Source of the DNA: Squalus acanthias
Lineage: Eukaryota
Direction: 5' to 3'
DNA: 64,000 nt
Assembly (NCBI GenBank): GCA_030390025.1
Contig: CM059431.1
Span: forward strand, 112,160,001 to 112,224,000
Shown: positions 51,130-63,980 of the stretch, in pieces
Layout of the letters: every line of letters begins with the position of its first letter
How positions within the stretch are numbered: the stretch's first letter is position 1
Notes under the pieces: generated by a model
Told to the model about the DNA's origin: nothing
The model's database searches: none
The model's input: the letters and a program-made list of their open reading frames with translations, nothing else
Program-made: the position numbers and the translations under genes

Positions 51130-52717
51130 AATCTTCAGCCAATTCGATTCACTCCACGTGCTATCAAGAAACAGCTGAGCACACTGGATACAGCAAAGGC
51201 TATGGGCCCCGAAAATATCCCGGCTGGCGTGCTCCAGAACTAGCCGCTCCTCTAGTCAAGCTGTTCCAGTACAGCTACAACACTGGCATCTACCCAACAA
51301 ATGTGGAAAACTGCCCAGGTATGTCTGTCCACAAAAAACAGGACAAATCCAATCCGGCCAATTACCACCCCATCAGTCTACTCTCAATCATCAGCAAAGT
51401 GATGGAAGGTATTGTTGACAGTGCTATAAAGCAGCACTTACTCACCAATAACCTGCTCATCGATGCTCAGTTTGGGTTCCGCCAGGACCACTTGGCTTCA
51501 GACCTCATTACAGCTTTGGTCCAAACATGGACAAAAGAGCTGAATTCCAGAGGTGAGGTGAGAGTAACTGCCCTTGACATCAAGGCAGCATTTGACTGAG
51601 TGTGGCATCAAGGAGCCCTAGTAAAATTGAAGTCAATGGGAATCAGGGGAAAGACTCTCCACTGGCTGGAGTCATACCTAGCACAAAGGAAGATGGTTGT
51701 GGTTGTTGGAGACCAATCATCTCAGCCCCAGGACATCACTGCAGCAGTTCCTCAGGGCAGTGTCATAGACCCAACCATCTTCAGCTGCTTCATCAATGAC
51801 CTTCCCTCCATCATAAGGTCAGAAGTGGGGATGGACGCTGATGATTGTACAGTGTTCAGTTCCATTCGCAACACCACAGATAATGAAGCAGTCTATGCCC
51901 GCATGCAGCAAGACCTGGATGACACTCAGGCTTGGGCTGATAAGTGGCAAGTAACATTCGCACCACACAAGTGCCAGGCAATAACTATCTCCAACAAGAG
52001 AGCATTTAACCACTGCCCCTTGACATTCAACGGCATTACCATCACCGAATCCCCCAACATTAACAGCCTGGGGGTCACCATTGACCAGAAACTTAACTGG
52101 ACCAGCCACATAAATACTGTGGCTACATGAGCAGGTCAGAGGCTGGGTATTCTGTGGCGAGTGTCTCACCTCCTGACTCTCCAAAGCCTTTCCACCATCT
52201 ACAATGCACAAGTCAGGAATGTGATGGATGAGTGCAGCTCCAACAACACTCAAGAAGCTCGACACCATTCAGGACAAAGCAGCCCGCTTGATTGGCACCC
52301 CATCCACCACCTTAAACATTCACTCCCTCCACCACTGATGCACCATGGCTGCAGTGTGTACCATCTACAAGATGCACTGCAGCAACGCACCAATGCTTCT
52401 TTGGCAGCACCTCCCAAACCCACTACATCTACCACCTAGAAGGACAAGGGCAGTAGGCGCATGGGAACACCACCACCACCTCCAAGTTCCCCTCCAAGTC
52501 ACACACCATCCTGACTTGGAAGTATATCGCCGTTCCTTCATCGTCGCTGGGTCAAAATCCTGGAACTCCCTCCCTAACAGCACTGTGGGAGTACCTTCAC
52601 CACACGGACTGCAGCGGTTCAAGAAGGCAGCTCACCACCACCTTCTCAAGGGCAATTAGGGATGGACAATAAATGCTTGCCAGCGACGCCCACATCCAGA
52701 AACGAATAAAAAAAAAT
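51130..52717 (+). mobile_element. CR1-Zenon-like LINE, 5'-truncated RT region with stops
   Basis: NYHPISLLSIISKVME, QFGFRQ, LDIKAAFD, VPQGSV, ADDCT; A-rich tail. Confidence 0.88.
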
Positions 52718-52889
52718 CAACCGTAGTGCCAGTTCACTGCAGCCAGACAGAAAGTGGTTCACTTACGTAAAAGGCCTAGGGAAAGGACTATAATATTATG
52801 TTGTTTTAGACTCAGCAAACAGTTTAATGTGCCAGGGAAAATTAAGTACTGTCGTGGTATTTTACTATATTGATTCAACTTGCTTCTAG

Positions 52890-53302
52890 AAAGAGCACTT
52901 ATACAGCATCCTTCACATCCTCAGAACATCATAAAATACTTCACAGCCAATTAATTCCTTTTGAGGTGCTGTCATTGCAGCCAATTTGTGCACAGCAAGG
53001 TCTAGTAAACAGTAAATTAAATAAATAATCAGCGAATTTGTTTTTGGTGGTGTTGGTTGGTAGAGAAATATTGGCCGGAACACTGGGGGAACTTCCTGCT
53101 TCTCATTGAATAGTCCCTTGAGATCTTTAGCATCCACTTGACCTTGTTTTAACAACTTTTCCAGAAGGTGACACCTCCAACAACGCAGCCCTCCCTCTGT
53201 ATGGCACTGAAATGGCCACATAGATTATATGCTCATATCCTGGAGTGCGGCTTGAACCAAGAACTTTCAAACTCAAGCAAGAGTGCTTCCAGTTGAGCCA
53301 AA
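52890..53302 (-). mobile_element. Deu-domain SINE, near full length, degenerate
   Basis: Reverse complement has tRNA-like head (ggctcaactggaagcactcttg..ggttcaagccgcactccagga), Deu core and L2-like tail. Confidence 0.7.
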
Positions 53303-54039
53303 TGAAGCTTATGTGTAAATTTCTTTTTTTTATAATAAGCAGTTTCATAGTTTAGCCTGAAATATTTGGTTTGTCAGCATGGTGCTTTCCAGCCTATTGG
53401 AGAGACCAGAAGTATACAGTCGATATCTTGTATCCAGCAAGACCCCAGTGGTAAAAAGGTAGTAGGTTCATCCTGAGGCAAGCTTCATCCCATTTACTAC
53501 ATGTCCAACATTAGGTTTTGGTTTATCAGTGGTACGGGTCTGCCTGTGGCAGCTGCCTTTTTTGTGATGAGCACAAATAAAGAGCCTTGGAAGGTAGCAC
53601 AAATTGCAACGTGCACAACAAGAGGCAGAAGCTTTGGCCACAACATGTGAATGTGACGGACGCAGCAGCTGGCTAAGTGGGAAGAATTTCCACATTGAGA
53701 CTAATTACAAGCCCCTCATATGATTGGGATCTAAAAATATTCATGAATTGCCACCGGGAAAGCAGAGATTTATTTCACTTGCGCCTCATGGAATTTTCAC
53801 CCAATTTTTCCTTTGACAGGTAAGGACCTGACAATGGCTTGATCTCCAGATTGAAACTAACCGAGCTAGCTCAGCGTTGCCAGGAAAATGTGGCTGCCTG
53901 TGGAAACTGGTCTGGAACCTAGCAGCAGGTGAAATTGATTGAATGAAATAAAGATTACATGAAAAGCTGGTTAATAAAGAATTAATTAAATGGAAGATTT
54001 AAGCCATTCTACCTGTAAAATGTGAATTTGGCATAGAAA

Positions 54040-54960
54040 GTCATATATCCAAATTTGCCGATGACACAAAGATAGGTGGAATTGTAGGCAGTGTAGATGA
54101 AAGCATAAAATTACAAAGGGATATCGACAGATTAAGTGAATGGGCAAAACTGTGGCAAATGGATTTCAATGTAGGCAAATGTGAGGTCATCCACTTTGGA
54201 CCTAAAAAGGATAGAACAGGGTACTTTCTAAATGGTGAAAGGCTAAAAATAGTGGAGGTCCAAAGAGACTTGGGGGTCCAGGTACATAGATCATTAAATG
54301 TCATGAACAGGTACAGAAAATAATTAAAAAGGCTAATGGAACGCAGGCCTTTATATCCAGAGGACCAGAATATAAGGGGGTAGAAGTTATGCTGCAGCTA
54401 TACAAAGCCCTGGTTAGACCACACCTGGAGTACTGTGAGCAGTTCTGGGCACCACACCTTAGGAAGGATATATTGGCCTTGGAGGGAGTGCAGCGTAAGT
54501 TTACCAGAATGATAACCGGACTTCAAGGGTTAAGTTACGAGGAGAGATTACACAAATTAGGGATGTATTCCTAGAATGTAGAAGGTTAAGGGGTGATCTG
54601 ATTGAAGTTTTCAAGATATTAAGGGGAATAGATAGGGTAGACAGAGAGAAACTATTTCCGCTGGTTGGGGAGTCTGGGACTAGGGGGCGCAGTCTAAAAA
54701 TTAGAGCCAGGCCTTTCAGGAGTGAAGTTAGGAAACACTTCTACACACAAAGGGTGGTAGAAGTTTGGAACTCTCTTCCACAAACGGCAGTTGATGTTAG
54801 ATCAATTGTTAATTTTAAGTCGGAGGTTGATAGATTTTTGTTAACCAAAGGTACTAAGTCATATGGGCCAAAGGCCATATGGAGTTAGGTCACAGATCAG
54901 CCATGATCTCATTGAATGGCGGAACAGACTCGAGGGCCTACTCCTGTTCCTATGTTCCTA
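54040..54960 (+). mobile_element. CR1 LINE, 5'-truncated
   Basis: [20 protein letters not shown]1 tail. Confidence 0.9.
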
Positions 54961-55482
54961 ATTGGTGCAAGATGGATGGCTGTTTAACAATTCTTTCATC
55001 AATGAGACCTGAGAAGCTAGGAAAAGTATACCATCAAAGATTAGGCATTAAGGCATCAGAGAATGTAGGCAGCATGTTCGACAGGCCGAGCTTAAATAGG
55101 AATGCAAAGAAGCTGCTCAGAACTGTCAAGCATTCAGAGGAAAACAGAAACCTGATTGAGCCTATGATATGCCTGCCCTGCTTGAGTAACCCATCCAGAA
55201 AGTTGGGACAAGCCTGTTCAGTTAGAAAGGTAACATTTGTCTTTTGGTTTTAGACTGTTTTATGTGTTTCATAGATATAGTATAGCTGACTCTCACAATA
55301 TCACAAGGCATTGTAGAACATCTGAAATTGATATTTTCACATCATGGAATACCAGACCAGATAATGGACCACAATTGTAGGCTCTGTAATCAAAGCTTAT
55401 AATTGTTCACATTACGAGCAGCCCAAGGTATCCACAGAATTGTGGTGAAATGGAAAGAGCAGTAACTATATAGAATCAAATG

Positions 55483-55588
55483 TGAGAAGTCGCACAATAC
55501 CAGGTTATAGTCCAACAGTTTTATTTGAAATCACAAGCTTTCGGAGCGGCTGCTCTTTCGCCAGTCCAACACCGGCATCTCCGCATCA
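55483..55588. mobile_element. Penelope-like fragment (second family), internally deleted
   Basis: Nearly identical to 60711-60790, followed by ccagtccaacaccggcatctcc. Confidence 0.6.
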
Positions 55589-58500
55589 GAGAGAAGCAGG
55601 CAGAGCGTGCACGTGTCTTTGCCAGGTGCAGGGCATCATCGACTGCACGCACGTGGCACCGTATTTAAATGCTGAGATGTACTGCAAACGCAAAGGTTAC
55701 CACTTGCTGAATGTGCAGTTGGTGTGCGACCATGCTCAGCACATCATGATGGTGAATGCCCGGTATCCTGGCAGCAGTCATGATGCTTTTATTCTGCGCC
55801 AGTCCGCTGTTCCCTCAGACCTTGAGCCACCACGACAAACCAGAGGGTGGCTACTGGGTGACAGGGGCTATTCACTGACCACCTGACTCATTGACTCCGC
55901 ACCGCAACCCAACCACACGTGGACAGAATGCATACATTGAGAGCCATGCTGCCACACGGAATCTGATAGAGCAGACCATTGGCGTCCTTAAACAACACTT
56001 CCGCTGCCTGAACTGCTCTGAAGGAGCCTTGCAGTACTCACCAGAGCATGCCTCAAGAGTCGTCATGGTCTGCTGCATGCTCCACAACCTCGCCATCATG
56101 AGGTCACTGCCCTTGCCATGAGCCATACAGTGACTAGCAGAGGAGAAGGGGGAGCAGGAGGAGGAAGAGGTGGGAGCGGAAGAGGAGGAAGTGGAAGAGG
56201 AGGAAGCAAAGGGAGGAGGCAACCCAGACAGCCCCTTTCTGCCCAGGCTGTCCGTGATCGACTCATCCGACTGCGGTACCAGTGAACGCAACCCCAATTC
56301 CCCATTCAACAATAGTCCCACACCTTAACTTCCATCTGTTACTGACCATCACAGCATTCTCTTGGCCACAATGCTAAAATAAAAGCCACCAAAAACGAAA
56401 CATTTCAATCCAACTTTATATATCAATTTATCCAATATTATATGACAAAGTCAACTAATCACCCTTGTGCATTCCCTTAGTGCCTGTCTTCAGTGTGCCT
56501 TTGCCTGTCCTAGTGCTCCTACGAAGCATTACCCCAGTGGCTGCAGCATGGCTGGTGGAAGGCTGCTGACTTTCAGTGGTGGAGACTGCAGATGGCCTTG
56601 CAGGATGACCTCGAGCAGCTCTGGGCCTAGAAGGCCCAGCTGCAGACTGCACCAGCTTGGCGTGGGCAGCAGTAGACTGGGCTGGCTGGCTGACAATCAA
56701 CATCAAGGGTTCTGACGGAGTGGCAGTGGTGGGAGGACGAATGCTGTCCTCCTGAGAGAGGACAGCAGGTTCCTGCTCATGGAGCCACTGCATTCCTAGT
56801 CATCTGTTGGAGGACAGATTGTTGGACAGCTGTGACACCCTGCAAGCCCCTTTCCACACTGGTAAATGCAGCCACGATGGCAGCAGTCTGCGCTTGTGTG
56901 GCAGCAAGCTGAGCCTGCATGAGAGCAGTCTGAGCTTGCATGACAGAAACCTGAGCTTCCACTGCAGCACTTAGACGTTGGCTGGCTTCTGCTTGTGCTA
57001 CAATGGAAGCTGAGACACCAACCATCAGACGCTGCATCATGGTTGGGTCCACAAGTGTGCTAATAGAGTTGGCCATCACTTCCATGCTGGAAATCATGGG
57101 CTCCAAGCTCTGCGGAAAGCCCTGTACAAGGTTGGTGCCGGACTCCTCCATGCTCCTTGACCTTGCACTCAGGCTTTCTGACAGGCCTGCCAATGCAACA
57201 AGTATTTTATTGTGTACACCCATCAGCGTTCTTCTGTAGCCGCCCCATCGAAGTCCTCATCTGAGTCCTCTGCAGCAGAACTTGTGTGCGAGCTCACCCT
57301 CCGGGGAGCTGGCAACTGCGCTACCCTTTCCCCCTGCCCTGGCTGCAGGCCACTTGTGCCCGGTGTCTCACCACGTTGCAGATCCCACGTCTAACCAATC
57401 CTCTAAAGTACGCGGAGTGTCAGTATCTGAGCTGGTGGCTGCGAGTGTGAGATCAAGTGATGCTGCGTCATCATGATCACTGTCTTCCTGCTCCTCCACC
57501 AGTGCGTGGACAGGTTGCAGTTCTTGGCTATCAGAGTTGAGAAAGGCACACGGATACGTTTGTGGTGAGGGGGGGTGGGGGAAAGTAGGAGGTGCATGCT
57601 TACACCATGTGCAGCTTGTAAATCAGAAGAGATTGTGAGATGAGGGGGAAGTGGGATGTGAGAAGGAGGATTAGGTGCGAGGATACCATCATCATGGATT
57701 GCTTTAGCTCCGCCGCTGGCCACGGGCTCAGTGATTCCCCTCCTAGAATGGCCAGCACCATCTCCTCCATGGGGGTAAGATTATGCAGGCGGCCTGTGCC
57801 CCTTCAGGTAGTCCCTGCTGGCTCCGATTGTGAGCCACCTTGTTCTGCAAGAGAAAGGGAAGTGTGTCAGTGAGTGTAGTGTAATGTGTTTGGGTGAAGT
57901 GTCTGTTAGTGAGTGTGGTGCAATGTGTTTGGGTGATGTGTGTCAGTGGGTGTGGTGCAATGTGTTTGGGTGATGTGTGTCAGTGAGTGTGGTGCAATGT
58001 GTTTGGGTGATGTGTGTCAGTGAGTGTGGAGCAATGTGTTTGGGTGAAGTGTGTCAGTGAGTGTGGTGCAGTGTGTTTGGGTGAAGTGTGTCAGTGAGTG
58101 TGGTGCAATGTGTTTGGGTGAAGTTCCTGTCAGTGAGTGTGGTGCAATGTGTTTGGGTGAAGTGCCTGTCAGTGGGTGTGGTGCAATGTGTTTGGGTGAA
58201 GTGTGTCAGTGAGTGTGGTACAATGTGTTTGGGTGAAGTGTGTCAGTGAGTGTGGTGCAATGTGTTTGGATGAAGTGTGTCAGTGAGTGTGGTGCAATGT
58301 GTTTGGGTGATGTGTGTCAGTGAGTGTGGTGCAATGTGTTTGGGTGATGTGTGTCAGTGAGTGTGGAGCAATGTGTTTGGGTGAAGTGTGTCAGTGAGTG
58401 TGGTGCAGTGTGTTTGGGTGAAGTGTGTCAGTGAGTGTGGTGCAATGTGTTTGGGTGAAGTTCCTGTCAGTGAGTGTGGTGCAATGTGTTTGGGTGAAGT

Positions 58501-59665
58501 GCCTGTCAGTGGGTGTGGTGCAATGTGTTTGGGTGAAGTGTGTCAGTGAGTGTGGTACAATGTGTTTGGGTGATGTGTGTCAGTGAGTGTGGTGCAATGT
58601 GTTTGGATGAAGTGTGTCAGTGAGTGTGGTGCAATGTGTTTGGGTGATGTGTGTCAGTGAGTGTGGTGCAATGTGTTTGGGTGAAGTGTGTGTCAGTGAG
58701 TGTGGTGCAATGTGTTTGGGTGATGTGTGTCAGTGAGTGTGGTGCAATGTGTTTGGGTGATGTGTGTCAGTGAGTGTGGTGCAATGTGTTTGGGTGAAGT
58801 GCCTGTCAGTGGGCGTGGTGCAATGTGTTTGGGTGATGTGTGTCAGTGAGTGTGGTGCAATGTGTTTGAGTGATGTGCCTGTCATGGTTGAATAATTGAC
58901 AGTATGTGCAAGCTGTGAGATGTGAGTGTGAAGCTTGCAGCAGTGGCAAGTGTGTGAGGGTGAGGTGAAGCTATGAATGTGAGCTATGATTCGTTTTTGG
59001 CAGAGATTGTGGGTAGGTGAGTGATGGGGGTGTGATGCATCGAGCAGTATGTAAGGCTAGTGGTGCAGATGGTGGGATATGGCATTTGAAGATGAATTTA
59101 TTGCTCTTGACCATTCATGTGAGGTCATTAAACTTCTTTTGGCACTGCAGCCAGGTTCTCGGGGCTACACTGCTGGCATTGGCAGCTATGGCTATCTGCT
59201 CCCATTGCCGTTTGTGGTTTTGCCTGGAGGACCTCCTGGCCCCTGTGGAAACAGGACCTCTGTCCTCCTATCCACCTCCTGCACCAAGGCCTCTAGTGCT
59301 ACAGCTGAGAACCTAGGTGCACGCTCTCTCCCCTGTTGTGCCATCATTAGTTCTTGTTCCTGCGCACCTAGCCAGTTGAATGAACTGCTGCAGGCAGAAT
59401 GCACCTTCCCTTTAAGAGGTGCAGACTGCCTTTAAGAAATGCAGGCTAGCTTTAATTGGTGCTTGCCTTGCACGAACTTGGACCCCCTGCTGAGCTTTCA
59501 GCCACTACTCAGCAGGGCATTCAGCGCTGGGCTGAACGCTGCAATCATGGAAATGAGCAGGCAGCACGAAGTTCGCATGCTGCTTGCATATTTCTTAACG
59601 GGTGCAGGTTGCTCGTGCATCGCGATCCCCGTGCCTGTTTTCGGGGGCTGACAAATTTCTAGTTC
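55589..59665 (+). mobile_element. PIF/Harbinger copy 4 (left part deleted)
   Basis: Transposase remnant 55600-56285 (GIIDCTHV, GSSHDAFIL, LLGDRGY, IEQTIGVLK); SANT gene on - 56455-59344; right end aaatttctagttc. Confidence 0.85.
57862..58884. repeat. 37-bp minisatellite (some 39-bp units), about 27 copies, in intron 1 of the SANT gene
   Basis: Unit gtgtcagtgagtgtggtgcaatgtgtttgggtgatgt. Confidence 0.97.
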
Positions 59666-60710
59666 AGGTTATTTTAATGTATAGAAATGTATCTGCTTGT
59701 TTATAGACTTTCCTGTATTGTAAGAGTGGAAATGTTATTTGTGCACTGTGTATAATTCAATTATAAACCCATAAACAGGTTTATGACTTTGTTACATATG
59801 GCAAATACTACAAACCTCTCTGCCCTTCTCCTATACTGCGTTACTCATCGCACTCTCCAAACCCCAAATTTGAATTTTTTGAAATTAAGGGTTAGGTGCA
59901 GAGTCTGGTTTTCCTGCTGTGGTTGACCATGCCGCTTTATATGAGGCACTAACTTCTACTTTTTCTATTTGTTCTGTGACAAGAACAGAAACTTTTAGTT
60001 CTACTGTGATTAGCTGGGTGAGGAATATGGGGCCCCACCAGTCCTTGCCAGCTTCCTCTGACATAAGCCAACTTGCCTACGGGTGTCTGCTTGAGGGTGT
60101 TGCAACATTTCCTGATATCGCCTCTTTCCTTTTCATTTTAGAATGCACATTTGCTGTGCTCAGCCATTGCCCTTGGAGTTTAGCCTTTTGTTGGAAGCCA
60201 TCATGTAGTCATTTGTTCTTGACCACTTCTTCACATTGAGCTCATGTGACCACTGTCCTATATGTTCCTCTTGCAGAGCACCTTGCTCTGTGAACCAATT
60301 CTATTTTTTAGATAATTTAAATAGGCCAACCGGGGGTGGCCTTTGAGAGATCGGTGCTGTTTTTTCCTTCAATTTGAGCCAGCTAATTAATCCTAATTAA
60401 TGTGCAGTCTTAAGCCGCTAGGTCGAGGTACCATAGCTTCAGTAGCATTCCTAAAACCACTTGAGTCGTGGCTTGCGAGAAGCAGAGAGGTGGCAGCATC
60501 CATGTCCTTCGGTCACTTCTGACGTTTACTTCTGCTTCAGGCTGTAGAAGTTAAAGTAATATTCTGTGCTATCAACTTCTGGATAGCCACCAAACAGGTA
60601 GTTGCATATGAGGGTTTTATTTTACAGCTGTGCCGTTAGCATTAGCTGGAATGTGCATTTTTCACCTTCTGTAATGAGGTACTAGTTTTGTATCTGCTCT
60701 TGGGAACTAA

Positions 60711-60870
60711 GATGAGAAGTCGCACAACACCAGGTTATAGTCCAACAGTTTTATTTAAAATTACGAGCTTTCGGAGCTGCTGCTCCTTCGTCAGGTAGAG
60801 GTACAGTGAGGGAATCTAATACACAGTATATATACACAGAGAGTGACTTGTGTGCAGAGATACAATCCAT
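60711..60870 (-). mobile_element. Penelope-like terminal fragment (second family)
   Basis: gagaagtcgcacaacaccaggttatagtccaacag.. with hammerhead core on -. Confidence 0.65.
60762..60797 (-). ncRNA. Putative minimal hammerhead ribozyme
   Basis: Minus strand reads UAC-CUGACGA-A-GGAGC-AGCA-GCUCC-GAAA-G-CUC-GUA. Confidence 0.6.
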
Positions 60871-63168
60871 CAGGAAGGCACTACATCAAAGACACATCAG
60901 AGCACAGCCAAGACAATGAGGTGGGTCACAGGGGGTCCCTTGGGAACTAGGGAAGAGCATTCAAGGGCATCAGCTTTGGTTTCTAGAGCAGAAAATGTGA
61001 TAAGTGTAAAGCTCTGTTGCCAATTACCCATTACAAAATTCACTGCACCATTAGGAAAAAAATACTCAAAATAGCTGTCCTATGGCATTTCAATTGCTTG
61101 ACCACTATTTGGAGTACTGGGGCTCGACTGCAAAGTGCATCACATCAGCTAACATATTTCAGTGGTGGCCCCTTTCATGGTAGTACTCTCCATAGGCATA
61201 ATCTACATGTGACGTACTTTGCAAAGTAATCAGTTTTCAGAGAGAAATGGGGGGCCTGCTACTGTAAGTCTAGGCTATTTAGCCTGGAATGTTTCATATA
61301 AAAACACTTCACTAGATTTGCAATAAACTTCGAAAGTGTCTTCTTTTATCGAACACTTTTCATAATCACGTTGCTGGAGTCCATACCGAAATACATTTAC
61401 GTGCCCATTATCACTGGAACAAGCTCTCAATAAATTAGGCAGAGTGCACTGGATTTTAAACCGTACTTGTAAGTGGCTTATCAGACAGCGGACTATTAGT
61501 TAAATTAAAAGAATTCTTTGTAATATGGCTGGAACTTGGCTTGTGAGACTAGAAGTTGCACCATTGCAAAAATGAGGAACTTAAGTCAATAATTAGCAAA
61601 GCATTCTTTGGTACCTTTTTCCTTCCCCTTTCTTCTTGTGACCAAGTTTATGTCATGCTTTGATGGATGAAACACCACGTGTGTCCTTTGCAGCAGTTCT
61701 TGGTGCATATCCTCGCATTGGATTAGATTTGCCTGCAAATTACAATACAACTTTTGTTTGGCTATGTCAGGTAAACCCACGCAAACAGTGGGTCATCAGA
61801 ACCAACACACACAATGCACATAAACCCAGGAATCACAGGCTCGATGGCTGCCAGTTGAGTTTTGTCCATCTAGTCACTGTAATCAGTGGTCTTGGTGTGA
61901 AGGAAGACTTGTTTTTAAATGCACAAAAGCTTCTGCCATCAAAACACTGTGCTGGATTGTTTTTAATGTTTTTTCCCCCCGAATATATCAATGGAGCTAG
62001 TCAAAAAAGAGACCGTGGCAATTATAACCAGTGATCTATGAATAATGCAGGTCTGCTTTCTAGCTCACTGACTTGCATTTCAATTTTAAAGCATAAAACA
62101 TGACTTTGATTTTTCCCCAGGGGATGTTGGTGTTCGGCGTATGAAACAATATTACTTCAGTTCATTTGTCTGATCAAACCAAAGGCGCTGAATCTATTTT
62201 AGGGAACTTGCAGCCAACAAGGAAGCTTAGCAGGAGCACTGTATGAAGCAACAGAAGTTATATTCCATATGGGCAGTAACATTTCCGTGCATTGATCTCA
62301 GCAGCCAATGTTTTTCTCTCTAATGTGACACTTTTCTAATATAATAAAGACTCAAATTGACAACAGCTTTGACAAGACATTGGGAATTGACAATATTTAA
62401 AAAAAAAATTCTTCCTCCAATTTTCTCCCTTCTTGAAGGAGCTGGCTTGTTGATGCATTGGGGTTCGTCCCAGGCTACCAGTGGGGGTAACAGCAACATA
62501 AGCTAAGCAGCTGTATTTAGCTGCATAAAGCAAGTTAAAAACACCTTGTTTGCATGATCAAGCCATTCCATTTTCTGCACATGGACAACTGACAGCAACA
62601 GAAGAGACCTGTGCAATTTTAGAGTGGTAATGTAAGACGTTCAGATTGTCTGACAGTTTATGGAGTTTAGACCCGTGGAACAGACAACTCCAGACAAAGA
62701 TTTCAGGGTAAACTATTCTTTAATTAAAATCAGCAAGAGGTTACAAGTAAGTACCAAATACAAACCGTACTCAATTCATGTACTTATGACAAGCAAGCAC
62801 TCACAAATCTAAATCATTTACTTTAAGCTCAAGTGATCATAAGCAACCACATACGTACTAACACCAGTGAAAGGTCAATTCAGCGATGACTAGACGTATG
62901 ACTTTAACTGGCAACTGACCAAGTCGCCCACGACTGCAGCCACGAGTGTCAGTCTACAGCATCATTTATACCCCGAAACTTTACAACCCGCCCACGGCAT
63001 TTGTGTCCCGAACTGTGTGAATAATGTTGTTCTCTCTCTCTCTCACTTTCTCTCCGATCTGTTTTGACGTTTAGTTAACCAAGGCCAGACGCTCAGGGGT
63101 TGGAGAATGTCGTTGTTTTTCCATTTGCAGGTTGTTGACTCCCGGTTCTCACAGCATTTTCAAGATCT

Positions 63169-63980
63169 TGGGGGAAAAATTTGTTTACCTTGCGCCACGC
63201 GCTGCGGCACGTCGCGCCGCGGTATTGCAGGTCTTCCTCCCCTTCTTAAAGGGGAGGGGCCTTGCGCAGCGCGACCCGGGGCCCAGCTGGGCCCCCTGGG
63301 GATCGGGAGTGCCGGCAAAAGAGCCCGGCACTCAAGAGAAGTGCCGGGCTCATGGAGCGCAGCCGGCACTCCGCAGGGGGGGGGGGGGGGTGTCGGGTAA
63401 GGAGGCCAGGGACGGGAGCGGAGGCAGGTGCAGGCAGGTGGCCTAAGAGGGCGCTAACGGGGCGCAAAGCAACTAGCGCCTGGGCGCGGCGCCGCCAACG
63501 CCTCCCGCAAAATTCAGCGGGAGTTTAGCGGCGGCGGTAACCGGTAGCGCCCCGCGGTGCTGCGCCGCCAGCGATGACGTCATCGCCGTGTGCAGCGCCC
63601 CGGCCGCGATCTTGGGGAGCGCCCCCTGACTTACCGCCGGACACTATGTCCAACGGGATCAGGGGGGCCTACCTGCGGCCGGGGAGGCGCTATTTAAAGG
63701 CAAGGTGCAGGGTGGCCATTTTTGTTGCTGGCCACCTGCCAGCACCTGTCTCCGCTCCCGTCCCCGGCCTCCTTACCCGCCCCCCCGCGGAGTGCCGGCT
63801 GCGCTCTATGAGCCCGGCACTTCTCTTGAGTGCCGGGCTCTTTTGCCGGCACTTCCGATCCCCGGGGTCCCAGCTGAGCCCCGGGTCGCGCTGCGCAAGG
63901 CCCCTCCCCTTTAAGAAGGGGAGGAAGGCCTGCAAGACCGCGGCGCGACGTGATATTGACTCGCAGCGCCCCAAGAGGTA
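63169..63980 (-). mobile_element. B2-family Harbinger MITE in reverse orientation with internal inverted duplication
   Basis: Starts gggggaaaaatt; 63442-63975 is the reverse complement of most of B2; 63200-63441 is a forward copy of B2 internal sequence. Confidence 0.8.

Larger units (their letters stand above)
49200..55470 (+). mobile_element. Ancient Ty3/Gypsy LTR retrotransposon, gag-pol fossil broken by younger insertions
   Basis: gag (EVWAKF..RFEYR; RRNVIFDR..NQEG) about 49200-49535; RT (PKVKEEIARLERLDVI; VDQTLAMLG; SGFWQ; VVCQTDYILVYG) about 50160-50620; RNase H (EALATT..FHIETNYKPL) about 53620-53775; integrase (HGIP, DNGPQ, HITSSPRYPQ..ERAV) about 54990-55470. Confidence 0.75.

Noticed and set aside
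57862..58884. CRISPR-like array of about 37-bp repeats
   Set aside because: Units are head-to-tail with no unique spacers, there are no cas genes, and the context is eukaryotic; it is a minisatellite
62111..62270. Host exon after acceptor-like ttttccccag
   Set aside because: All three frames hit stops within about 85 nt and no clear donor follows
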